From Microbotryum violaceum (Eukaryota): DNA of 64,000 nt. Shown here in pieces: positions 35,550-46,423 of the stretch (the stretch's first letter is position 1; the number at the start of each line of letters is the position of its first letter). Position numbers and translations under genes: made by a program. Below the pieces are notes generated by a model. That model made no database searches. It saw only the letters and a list, made by a program, of their open reading frames with translations, and had not been told where the DNA came from. The stretch is taken from positions 1,922,001 to 1,986,000 of the forward strand of contig CDLV01000005.1 in the NCBI GenBank assembly GCA_001244265.2, given 5' to 3'.

Positions 35550-38121
35550 TGGGAACCCATTAAATTAACGGGAGGATGAAATTCAAAAAATAGCAGGATA
35601 ATCGAACAGTCTACATGATATCAGCGCAGAGGTTGAGACAATACGAAATACAGCAAAGAAACAAAATCCATTCATCTTACATTCATTGCCGAAACAGCCT
35701 GCATGTTGCTTGTTGCCGGACTTGGCTTCAAACACTCGTGCAATGAGATCCGGACGGTTGCATGCTTTATCGGCCCCAGTGCAGCCGTGATTTCCGGTGA
35801 GTCGGGGTCGTACGTCATCGTGATGAGCAGCGGAGGCTTTCCATGTTTGACAACGCACGCCATCGCATCCTGGTATCGCTGCGTGATGTCGCAATTTGGT
35901 TCGGGGTCAAGCCGTTGATGCCTTGGGTCGTGGTGAGGTGTAGGTTCTCTTGATGCAACCGGATGTGTAGAGTCGATCGGTCTCGACTTGGAGTATATCC
36001 ATAAATCACAGATTCCAGGAAGGGACCGTGGGTGCAATGCGGGATTGAGAAGTACTCGTCGCCTTTGGCAAGTAGTGCGCAAAGAATTGTGAACGCGAGA
36101 CTCGCCACCTCGACTCCTTTACTGGACCTTTGTCCTAGGTGTTCAAAAGTTCAATGTCAGTCTGTGCTTGCGCCTTCGGCAGAATGGAACATCAGAGAAA
36201 GAGCCGAAGACGCGTACGTTCGCCATCACCATCCTCTTCGTCCCCTTCCTCGCCGTCTTCATCCTCATTGTCGCGGTCTTCGTCCTCCTGTTCGTCTTCG
36301 TCATCCAGACCGAGACCGGCAAGTAGCTCGCGCAATTGGCACCATTGTCGATCTGCTCTCGGTTTCTGGCGATTGGCGGCCCAGCTTGGTGGAACCCGCA
36401 AAGAGGAATGTTGGGGTGGAACCCATCTTCCCCGGCAGGAAAAAGTAGTGGGTAACGGAGAGGCATCGCGGACGGATGGAGCGAGCTAACGACTTGGTAC
36501 TTGGGCCGACCATCGGACATCGATCACCGTGCACCTGGAGAATAAGGTCTTGCGGTCCACGATCTCCCGTGTTGGTGTCGGAATCGCAGATAAGCATCGC
36601 CATTTCCGTGCTCGACGTAGGAGGGTTGTGGGTGCGTCGGTCCCGGCCTGGCGGGAGGCAGAGGCGCAGGATCCACTCTTTGGCCGTATCCCAACCTGCG
36701 CGAGGTTTGGCCGATGCGAACTCCCTCACAAAGTGATTCTTGGTACGCAACATGGACTCGAGCTTGGTCAAAGTAGATCGTTGCATGTGACTGTCTGCGC
36801 CGTCGGGTTCAAGTCGAGTGTCGGTGGCCTCGGCCGGGTTGATCAGCCATGTTTGAGCAAAGGCTGGGCATTGATTCACGGCAGGGATCAGGGCGCCGAG
36901 TCGATGGTAGAGGCGACCAAACACGCGAAACACGGGGGTCCTAGCGTGCCCACTTGAGTTTGGTCCCAGAGGGCAGCGAGCGAAGTGAACGACAACGCGT
37001 TGTTGTACGACCGGGCATTCTCGCGGAATGCAACCGCTTCTGTGTGGGTGGGTAGAACAGTTCAGCATGTGGGTCTACTGCAGACGAATGTTGTTGGACG
37101 GAGCAACTGACCGCTATCCGAGCCTTGAAGAAGCTGCCGATACTCGAGATTGGGCTGGGGAGGGGGAGGTAGCCGCACCTTGCCCTGCGAAAACGTGGGG
37201 CTTGAGGGGTTTGAGCGCGATTCGAGCCCGGCGCACTCGCCTTTGCGGAGGTGGTGGTGGGCGAGCCCAGCGTCGAGTTGGCCATCGCGCTGACCACGCT
37301 GTCCGTTCTGCACAGCTGCACGGCGGGCTCGTATACGTGTCGCAATGCCAAGATCGGTTAAATTGTTGTGATGACGCGCGGGGGGCTGATTCTGTTGATC
37401 GGAGCGGGACGAAGAGGGTCGAGCCGCGGGGCGCCCAGCAGCGGGCGCTCGAGCAGGCCCATGGGACGGCGCTACCCTCACGCCCAAGACTTGGCGAGGC
37501 TGGCGACCTTGGGCCGTGACCGGGGCATAGTGGCGAGGGTTTGTTCTTGAATGAGTGTCACTAAAATTGGATGAGAGTGGGAGGGAGAAAGGAAAGGTTC
37601 GAGGGAGTGGCGCAGGATTATTTACGTGGTTTGATTTGTTGTTCAGCCCCTAATGCCGCTGGTCGAATGCCATACGGGCAAATTGGTTGTTCAGCCCCTA
37701 ATGCCGCTGGTCGACTGCCGGAATGACACTCCACCGCCGGCGCGCCGCATCACGTGACAAACGCCAGCCCTCGCCTCGCACGTCAAGCAGAGCTCTGCTG
37801 TAGAAGCAATATCATGCAAAGCCACGCGCTTGCGGTTCATTAAATGCAATATGAGTGGAAGCATTGTTTTATGTGAGCGAAAAAAAGAAGGAAAATACTG
37901 GGAGCGCTGTAGCTTCGTTGGAACGGCGCGGAAAATACAAAAGGCACCACAGCGCTTGTACATGACTTCTGATCGGAACATGGACACCACAGGCAGGTGC
38001 GGCAGACACAACAGTATGCTGGTACATCCACCACAGGCGGCCCGGAGGGCCGCAACCTAGTTAAAAACAGCGATTTTAGGTACATTCCTTAACTCACACT
38101 TTTTTTTTACTAGTTAGGGTA
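35550..38121 (-). mobile_element. truncated, frameshifted Helitron (Rep region) inserted in the TRIM 5' LTR
   Basis: Helitron RepHel N-terminal motifs VFRVFGRLYHRLGAL, PAFAQTWL, PLRYPLLFPAGEDGFH, RYQDAMACVVKHGKPPLLITMT, RPDLIARVFEAK. No helicase part is visible. Confidence 0.85.
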
Positions 38122-38378
38122 ATCAGAGGCGCATACCTTACAGCTAACTAGAACTCACTGTACCTGGAACTCACCCAAGGGTGGACGTGGGTTCGAATCC
38201 CGTTGTGCGCCGCCTTGTCACCGGGCACAATTGGGACCCCCACGGTGCCGGCCTCGAGGCTCTGGTTCCCTGGACCCTCGGCTTGGTCAGCCGAGGTGGA
38301 ACTAACCCTGGGCAAGCCTGCTTATGTCCTCACGAAAGGGATCTCCGTTGACACTTGGTCAAGAAGGGGAGGGTGTAA

Positions 38379-39582
38379 TTATTTTTTTGTAGAAAACGTT
38401 CATCATATTGCCCCCAGTTCCTGTTCCCCCTGTTTTGGCCTACGGAAAAACTAGATGGAAGACTACGATGATAACACAAATCGCCCGCAAAAGTGCGAGA
38501 AACGAGCCAAGTCCACCAATCCGAGATTCGGATTCAAATGCCCTAGCCAAGCGGTTGCTCCCCCCAGGAGACTAATGAGAGAGAGAAAGAGAGATGAAGA
38601 GAAAAAAAGAAAGAAAAGAAATGTACTAACGACAGAAGGCCCACCCCACAGCCACTTCCCACTCGGTCGAGACGAAGACACGAGCACGACTGCGCAACCA
38701 CCACGACCCTCGACGCTCCAAGTCTCTGCTCAGTCACAACAAGACGCGGTGAAGGTCCCTCAAAACCTCCCCCATCGGCAGTCCCTGGCCCCTCAAAGCC
38801 GACTTTCTGCCTGTGTCCGCTGATCCCTCCCTTGACTCAGAACCCCGAAGCCGAAGAGCGCGAGCCACACCGAGTCGACGCCAAATCGCGAGATGGTCCA
38901 TAATCCGCAACGGTGAACCTGTAACAAATGAAAGATGAAAGCGATCTATTTAGTGTACAGTAGGAGAAAATGATGTCACGAGAATTTGGTATGTGTGTGT
39001 GGTGGTGTGGGGGGGAAAGTCGAACCCAGCCTCTACTGCCCTCTCCTCCCCCAAGCTCCTCCCGCCCTCAGCTTCAACCTCTCCTCCAAGATGATCCTCC
39101 TCCTCCCAACACCCTCCATCCTCGTCCCCCACTTCTGCATCCCCCACCTCCCGCTGCTGATCATCTCCAAGACCAGCCCGGTGAACATTTCGATCGTCCT
39201 CCCCGCTCCTTCTTGATCGCGCAGACTGGCCTTGAGCTTCGGAAGTCCGAACATGCGTTGAACAGCCGTGTAATGCGTGTTGTCGATCGTGTCGAGCCCT
39301 AGTTCGTGGCAGAGCACGCTCCTGGCCGCGATCCAAACGTTCCCAGAGTCAACGCAGTCGAAGAAGTAGTGCTCCCGATCGTCCTTGGGCGCTCCACAGA
39401 CGAGGCACGCGGGCGAGTCGTCGTGCTTTTGATGAAACTGCAGACTCCGAGTCGGAGTGAAGTTTCTGATGAGCTTGAACCACACCTCGCGTTCCCTCGC
39501 CGTCAATGCCTTCGAGTTGACCCCCTTCCAGAATCCCTTGATATCGTCGGGCTGCAGCGAGTCCCTGAAACCGATCGTGTCG
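38379..39582 (-). mobile_element. 5'-truncated non-LTR retrotransposon (LINE) 3' end inserted in the TRIM 3' LTR
   Basis: ORF 39033-39506 has a zf-RVT-like CCHC motif (CLVCGAPKDDREHYFFDC...W). There is an A-rich tail on the minus strand at ~38379-38388, and GTAA is duplicated at 38375-38378 and 39583-39586. Confidence 0.82.
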
Positions 39583-39814
39583 GTAAGGGGAAGCCTTACA
39601 GAACAGCCCTATAAGTAGCCTCTGAGTAGCTAGAACTCCCGAGTTCTAGTTACGACTTGCTTTTAGTCTAGTGGTCAAGAATGACAGATTGTATTTTATG
39701 CACATCAGAGGCGCATACCTTACACTTGCCTTCTCACATCCCTGTTCCGACCCCTCACCCTTTCAGTCACTTGTTCGCCAGACCCCAGACCCCCACGGCA
39801 CCGCAAAACCTCTA

Positions 39815-40690
39815 ATGATTTGCTTCAGTCTGCATGTGCTCGCTCTCGCTATGGTTGCGTCGGTGGCGACAGCCAAACTGTCCTTCCCTCTGTCCGCGAT
39901 CCCCGGCGAATTTCAGGAATTCGATCTGAAATGCCGCAGCTGGGCGGACGGCCACGCGCTTCTGGTAAGGTTACCTGCAGGCTGTGCTGATTGACCCAAA
40001 AATTCCACGTTTGTAAAGACAAGGCAATCTTCACGAGCGCTGACTGCTATATATTCGAATTATACGTGTTACAATCCAAAGGGCTCGAATCCGTTTGACT
40101 TGCAGAGCTGCGCCGTCTTGGCCTTCAACGCGACCCTCGTCACCTCGGGCAAAGCCAAGTCGCCTATCACAGACCTAGCAAAGATCGAGGCAGCCAAGGT
40201 CGTCTACGAGCGCGATTGCTTCTGCGAGTCTGCGGCCCAAAATACGAGAATATGGTTCGAGACGTACAAGAACTGCACGTTGCGTGGTGAGCAGCTATTA
40301 GACATTCATGTTTCCGTGGTATATAATAAGCTAGGTAACAAGAGTGCAGGATCCGAGTCGGGTCTGAACAGTCTGCATCTTGTCCGCTCGCAGGACACGA
40401 GCAATCCGGCGATCTCCCCAAGGAGCCCCTTCGAGGAGGGTGCCCCCGCTCAGCTAAGCTATTGGCAGCGCGTTGTAGCCAATGCCAGCAGGACATAACT
40501 GATCGCCGTGAGTTTGGACTGATGATCCCCGCGCCGGCGTCCGGCTGGCGTATCCACTTTCGCGCCCACATCATGAGAAGCAGGTGAGCTGGATCATAGA
40601 AGATGGGAAGGCTGAGTAAACCTACAACACGGTGTATCAGGAACTGCCGGGTGCTAACAAGATGGGCCAATTGGTGTCGAATAAATAGAA
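39815..40690 (+). CDS. putative small secreted Cys-containing protein, multi-exon (3' end uncertain)
   Basis: Signal-like MICFSLHVLALAMVASVATA, a GTAAGG donor and TTGCAG acceptor, and an exon SCAVLAFNA...DCFCES...NCTLR. Confidence 0.5.
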
Positions 40691-41624
40691 GGCTCAATCA
40701 TGCGGCGCAACCCAAGAGGTGTGCGCTTTCGGCACCTTCAATTGAACCCTCCCATCACCAATGGTCCCGCTACAACCTCCACAATCCGGGACTTTTGAGC
40801 CTCCGTATCGATTCTGACCCGTCTTTTTCTCGCATATTGTAAGTGCAGCCATTGATTTCGATCTCACGGGCCTTCCGTCGTGGGGGAATCTCCTAACTGA
40901 CCTCAGTCGGCGCCGCCGGTGCCCCCGTGGTTGTCGAACATCCGGTACCTAAGTGTCTAGTGTGAGGCACTGAGTCATTGTTCAGTGCCTGCAGTAAATA
41001 TTTACTTCCCTCAACTCGATTGGAAGCAAGACGTTGCTTGGCGCTCACCTTTGCAGCACGGCGTGCGAGATTCCGTTGCAATCTCACTAGTACCATCATT
41101 CCATTCACGACTGAGGAGTGGACCTTCCACTGCAGCGCATCTCACGCACCGTGATATCATACCCTGACAATTATTTGTAAGTATTCCCTCAATCTTCCAA
41201 CTTGGAGTCTTAAGGCAGCGTCGTACTCGAGCGGAGCGGCAGAACTCCTCGCGTCGGATGAACTTCGAACCTACTACTACCTCCGGCTCTTCAGCTGCGC
41301 TCGTATGGGTTGCTGTATACTGTCGTAAGGTAGAATTGGATGCTTGTCTGCATGGTTCTACTTAACTTCTCCGCGGTCTTGCGTCGCTTGTTTTGTGCTG
41401 CATCCCGATGCTGTGCATAGCTGTGCCTAGCTGTGCTCGCTGCAAGAATCGCCGGGCATCGGCACATCGGGTCCGGCGCTCAGCGCTGCAGCCTGTGACC
41501 GAGCTCAGTACTCAGTCTCGCGCTCGCTCCTACTCGACACGAGTGGTCGCTCGCTGAACCCACGGAGAACTGATGAGCGCATGACCCCATCCACGCATTC
41601 TTGGCCTGAAAGCCACAGACAATA

Positions 41625-43604
41625 ATGAACGACACGGCCCCAGTGCCACTGACAGTGAACACTACAGCTGTACTCAAGCCCGCGATCGAGACAATGTCGT
41701 TATCTTCATCGGCATCGCTCCGATTGCTCGACCTCGTCTTACCCGCGCTGTTGCTCCTCCTCTCGCTCGTCCTACGCGTGCTCTACACCGACACGCAACC
41801 CAAGAGTCGAGGTGCCCACTTGTACAGAGCCAGGACGGCGCATGCTCGCTACCTCCCCTCCCCCGCCGGCCATCGCTTCTCGTATCCCGTCCTCTTTCTT
41901 GGCCTCGATCTGGACCAACTCGAGCACCCGGGACGACCCTTGGATCAGGGTAGATGGTTCCGGTACGACTCGAAGCGATGGAGCTGTATGGCCATCCGAC
42001 CGAAGGTGTACCTCGAACCACCGAGCGTGGGAAGGAGCGCGCTCGAGCAGGGCCAGTCGGCGGTCGACGATCACACGCCGATCAAGACCAAACTGCTGCG
42101 TCACATCCAGCAAAGAGGCATACCCGTCGATCTGGTCGACAAGATATACACGGTCACGATGCCGGCCTTTATGGGTATGCAGGACATCAACCCGCTCACG
42201 ATCCACTACGTCTATTCGCTGCTCAACTCGGAAGGAAAGCCTCGACCGGAACGGCAGCTCATCGTCGTTGTGCTCGAGGTGTCCAACACTTTTGGCGAAA
42301 AGCACCTCTATATTCTCCGATGCGGTGTGGACGAGGATGAACGTGTCGTTTCTGGGTCAGTCCATTCACGCCATGCGCTGGCGACCGGAACCCTCTTGAC
42401 TTACCCACGCGCAAACCCTTTCCCCCCTCCTAGCTTTGACCATCAATGGACGTTCCCTCGAGCATTCCACGTCTCGCCCTTCAACGACCGCACGGGCCAC
42501 TACCGCGTATCCCTCTCGGACCCTCTCGCCAGACCCAACCCTTCCACTCCAAACTCATCTTCGTGCCTGCCCTCGCATGCCCACCTCAACCTCAAGATCG
42601 TCTTCCTGACCCCTTCGTTCGAGAAAAAGTTCTTTGCTGACCTCTCAGGCCCCGGCGAACCTTTATCACCGTCGTCAATCCTCTCGGCTTTGCTCAAGTG
42701 GCCTTTGACGTTGTTTTTGACGACGCCACGGATTCTGTACCAGGCGATGCTGTTGCATTATCGGCATCGGCTGGACGTGTTCCCCCGACCCGAGCCGTTC
42801 GTTCAGAGCCCGATTGAGCAGGCGAGGAATGCAAGGCTCGTTAACCCCGTTCAACAGGGAGCCTTGCCTGCAAACGTACAATGGCAGGAAGAGACAGCGT
42901 TTGAAACCAGGTGTCGAGGCAAAGTCGTCGCGTACTTGGAACGACGGGTGGCGGGGATGACTGCCTCGGAGGAACGGAGGGTGCGGATCGTCATTCGCGC
43001 CGCCAACACGTCAAAACCAATCACAACTGTTCCTCACAACTTGGAGCTTCCTGCTCTCGGCAATAAAATCGAAATCGAAACCGTCGTCATCAACTTCGTC
43101 TCGAACCAATTCTGGACGGACCTTTACACGTCCCCTTCGATCCACCTCGCTCTTGAACTCGGATCGAAAACCGAACAAAGGTGGTCGACGAATAACGAAG
43201 ACTTGTTCCTTGAGGTTTTCAAACCTCTCTCGAATCATCTTGCCAATCTATCACGCACAACGAAGTACATCCACTCGCTCCGGATCAGGCAAATGAACTG
43301 GTCCAGATCTTTCTCATCCATTTATTGTCACGCACCTCGCGAATTTACGCTCGGCGTCCATCCCTTGGACGATGACGCGACTTCCATTTCAGACCTCCAA
43401 TCGCTCCTCGAACACTTTCTCGTTGTGCGATTAGGATACTGGTTTTTTGTCGTCTTTGGAGCAAGATTCGTTCGAGGCACCGAGCCCTGGGAGGAATGGG
43501 CGAGATGGGAAAGAAAGTTCGGGGACGTGGATGGTGGGGGAGGGAAGACGTGCGAGGTCGAGGACATGGCTGTGGGAGGTGTGGGGAGTGTACTACGAAC
43601 ATAA
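41625..43604 (+). CDS. DUF1365 family protein (likely one in-frame intron ~42356-42433)
   Basis: HRFSYPVLFLGLDLDQL, INPLTIHYVY, VLEVSNTFGEKHLY, FPRAFHVSPFN, RILYQAMLL. Confidence 0.85.
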   Translation: MNDTAPVPLTVNTTAVLKPAIETMSLSSSASLRLLDLVLPALLLLLSLVLRVLYTDTQPKSRGAHLYRARTAHARYLPSPAGHRFSYPVLFLGLDLDQLEHPGRPLDQGRWFRYDSKRWSCMAIRPKVYLEPPSVGRSALEQGQSAVDDHTPIKTKLLRHIQQRGIPVDLVDKIYTVTMPAFMGMQDINPLTIHYVYSLLNSEGKPRPERQLIVVVLEVSNTFGEKHLYILRCGVDEDERVVSGSVHSRHALATGTLLTYPRANPFPPPSFDHQWTFPRAFHVSPFNDRTGHYRVSLSDPLARPNPSTPNSSSCLPSHAHLNLKIVFLTPSFEKKFFADLSGPGEPLSPSSILSALLKWPLTLFLTTPRILYQAMLLHYRHRLDVFPRPEPFVQSPIEQARNARLVNPVQQGALPANVQWQEETAFETRCRGKVVAYLERRVAGMTASEERRVRIVIRAANTSKPITTVPHNLELPALGNKIEIETVVINFVSNQFWTDLYTSPSIHLALELGSKTEQRWSTNNEDLFLEVFKPLSNHLANLSRTTKYIHSLRIRQMNWSRSFSSIYCHAPREFTLGVHPLDDDATSISDLQSLLEHFLVVRLGYWFFVVFGARFVRGTEPWEEWARWERKFGDVDGGGGKTCEVEDMAVGGVGSVLRT

Positions 43605-43659
43605 TGCTTCCTCGTCTCGTTACATTATAGAGTTGTAAACATAGCGCACTCCGCATCCC

Positions 43660-45560
43660 TTACGATTGGAGAGTCGAGACCATGATAAGCCACAACGAGT
43701 GAACCAGACCGAGAGCAATAATCTCACAATTTTTTTGAAATAACTGGTACACGACCACGAAACCGCTACTGAGGCCAACGACGATTCGAGAGGCGATGAA
43801 CTCAAGAACAACACGCCTCTCGCCATTTGCTCCCTTTGGGCTGAGGCCCCAATCGAACGACCGGACCGCCCCTCTCGAGCTGATGCTTACGCTCCTTCTC
43901 GTCCTTGTACCATTGCCACGTGGCCCTTCTGGCGATGTACTCGAACCTGAAAAGTCAAGCCCACTCAAGGTATCAATTCTCGCGTAGTTGGCTCTCGCCA
44001 TGGGGCGCCTCCAGACTCACACATCCTCGACGCCTTCCCCCGTTTTGGCCGACGTTCGAAAAAGCTTGATCCCATCCTTCCCATAGCTATAACCCCCTGC
44101 CAATCCAATACTGGCAGTTCCCATCGGGCCACCCACTTCTCCACCCGGAATAATACCCGTTTTTCTCTCGTTCCTCTTCCGTTCCTCCTTGATCAACCTC
44201 ATCTTTTCGCTCCTCTGGAACAACGAAGGTCCCCCGAGGTGCTTGCCGATCGTGACGAGGTGCGACGGCGGATGGGGTGGAGAACTGGCCATGAAAGGGT
44301 CGATCCCTCTCGCCACATCCCTCTCGTAGTCGGCCGAGTTGAAGTTCTCTTTAGAAATCTCGAGCCCATTGGCCATATCTCCGAAGTTATCTTCTGAAGC
44401 CTCGGACGAAGTCAACGGACTTCTGATCAAGGACGGCTCCCCTCGTCGGCCGCTGGCAAGCGAGTCCCACGACTCGTTTAAGCTCGAAGAAGGTGTGTGG
44501 TAGATCGTTTTAAGCGAAGTCGAAACCGGCATCTTGTTATTCTGGACGCTGAGGCCGCGAGGGGATCGCAATAGTTGAGGCGCCGTTTCCCGAGTCGGAG
44601 AGCTCGATCCACTTCCTCCGGTGGTCGAAGAGGGGGGAGGGAGGACATCGATTCGAGTCGACATTTCGGCACAACATGTTGCTACACCGTTTTTAATGGA
44701 GCCCTTCGTCGTCGTGTTGGAAGCGTTTGATACTTTTCTCCGTCTCGTCGTCTTCCGGGGTGGAGACACCGCCGGCCCAGCAGAGTCCTTGACCGTGTAT
44801 CCGACCGTCTCCTCCTCGACATCAAGGTCTTCCGACGACTGGCCCAACAGATTTCGCAAGAGTTCTTCTTCCCCTCCCGCGGTGAAAGGGCTTCCACTTC
44901 TTCAAGCGTCGCGCCCAAGTCAATCTTGGATCGGACAGCGACCCAGGTGAAGTTGCGCAGATCGTCGACGGGCGCCTTGGTTGTGAATTCGTCGAACCAG
45001 CTTTGGAGTGAGCGCAGAGATCGGGAATCCGAATAAACGAGTACACAAGCATCTGCACCCCGATAGAACGATACTCCCAAAGCTCTGAAACGATCCTGGC
45101 CTATATCAAGGGCCGATGAAACCCGGAATCACTCGCTCGCTCAGCAAGCGGAATGACTTGAGACGAGCTCTATCCAAGCCGACATACCGGCCGTGTCCCA
45201 TACACTCAACGACACATGGACGTCTTGATCTATCTCGACCACTTTGGAGATGAAATCGACGCCAATCGTCGCCTTGTAGCCCAAGGTGAAGGCCTCGGAA
45301 AGCCACCGTTGTCGGAGCAAGGTCTTGCCGACTCCGGCGTCGCCAATCAGCACGACCTTGAAACGATGTTGCGGGGGCGATTTGGGGGTGGAATTTGTTG
45401 GAGCTGTGTTCGATGGGTAATTCCCATTCGGAAGTGTGGATGTGGAAGCGACGGGTGCGGTGGACGTATTGTGGGAGCCTTCGTTGCTGACTGCTGTCCG
45501 CCGCCATGGAGCCAATTGTGGGGCGGCGTTGGTTATCGCAGGCGGTGTGATTGTCGTCAT
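43660..45560 (-). CDS. atypical Rab7-like small GTPase with long C-terminal extension; apparent frameshifts
   Basis: KVVLIGDAGVGKT, YKATIGVDF, VWDTAG/QDRFRALGVSFYRGADACVLVY, and G4-like SKID. The reading frame changes near 44870 and 44020 without obvious introns. Confidence 0.7.
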
Positions 45561-46423
45561 AATGCGATCAAGCACGAGCGACCGCGGGCCTGCACGAGCA
45601 GCTGCAGCGCCCTTCGGGCTGCGGGCTGTAGACGCCTCGAGGCAACGGGGTGGACAGAGCTCGAGTGAGGGCAGTAACAAAGGCTCGTGGATTCAGTCGT
45701 TCAACTCGTAGTTCTTGGCTGTAGATTCGACGAAGGCTCCATCGGACCATCGGGAGGAGACGAAACGGGAAGGCGGCCAGTTCAAGGTAGTGATCGAATA
45801 CTAGTAGCCCTCAAAATACCAGTGCAGAAAGACTTCTGGGATCGGCAGTTAGTAACTACCCAGTTTTCAATGCTCCTAATCCTTAGTGTAGATCAGGTTC
45901 AAGACTTGGGGACGAAAAATCGTGAGCTCGGCTACTTGACTAGTGTACGTTCTCGAACAAAAGGACAATCGATGGGCGGGCGAGACTGCAGTCGCCGGCA
46001 CTGCAACCAATTCAACTTCAAATTTGCGGATCTCTCACTACTGGGAAAACAACTTCATAAAGGATAAGTTTCAGGAAGGATGAAGTCGATCGCTCTTCCT
46101 TAAGGTTCATTGTTGACCCACCCAACTTAACCTAGATGCAAATCTTCAGACTTCTGCGCATGCGCCAGAGTCCGGTCCCGACGGCGTCCTGACTGCGATT
46201 CTTCGTCATATATCAGCCCAAGTCTCAAACATGTCGGAAGCTGACTGGCGCAGACCCGAACGAGGGATAGCCACCATTTCTTGTCCGAAATCGGCGAGAA
46301 GGGTTCGGCACACCGACCTTTTAGCCTGGTCCGTACTACGGTACCTGGCACCAAGGGCCGGGCACCAGTTCCAGGCCGCAGGACCACGCGGTCTCAGGCG
46401 GTGAATTGGCCCTCTTCGAGTAC

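Larger units (their letters stand above)
35423..39724 (+). mobile_element. miniature non-coding LTR element (TRIM-like), ~143-bp LTRs, ~230-bp internal region, TSD CTTGC; both LTRs interrupted
   Basis: 5' LTR = 35423-35549 + 38122-38142; 3' LTR = 38374-38378 + 39583-39724 (TGTAAGG...CCTTACA). CTTGC occurs at 35418-35422 and 39725-39729. The PPT AAGAAGGGGAGGG is at 38361-38373. Confidence 0.85.

Noticed and set aside
38150-38230. Complete tRNA gene
   Set aside because: Only a T-arm-like motif is present; I could not form acceptor, D and anticodon stems.
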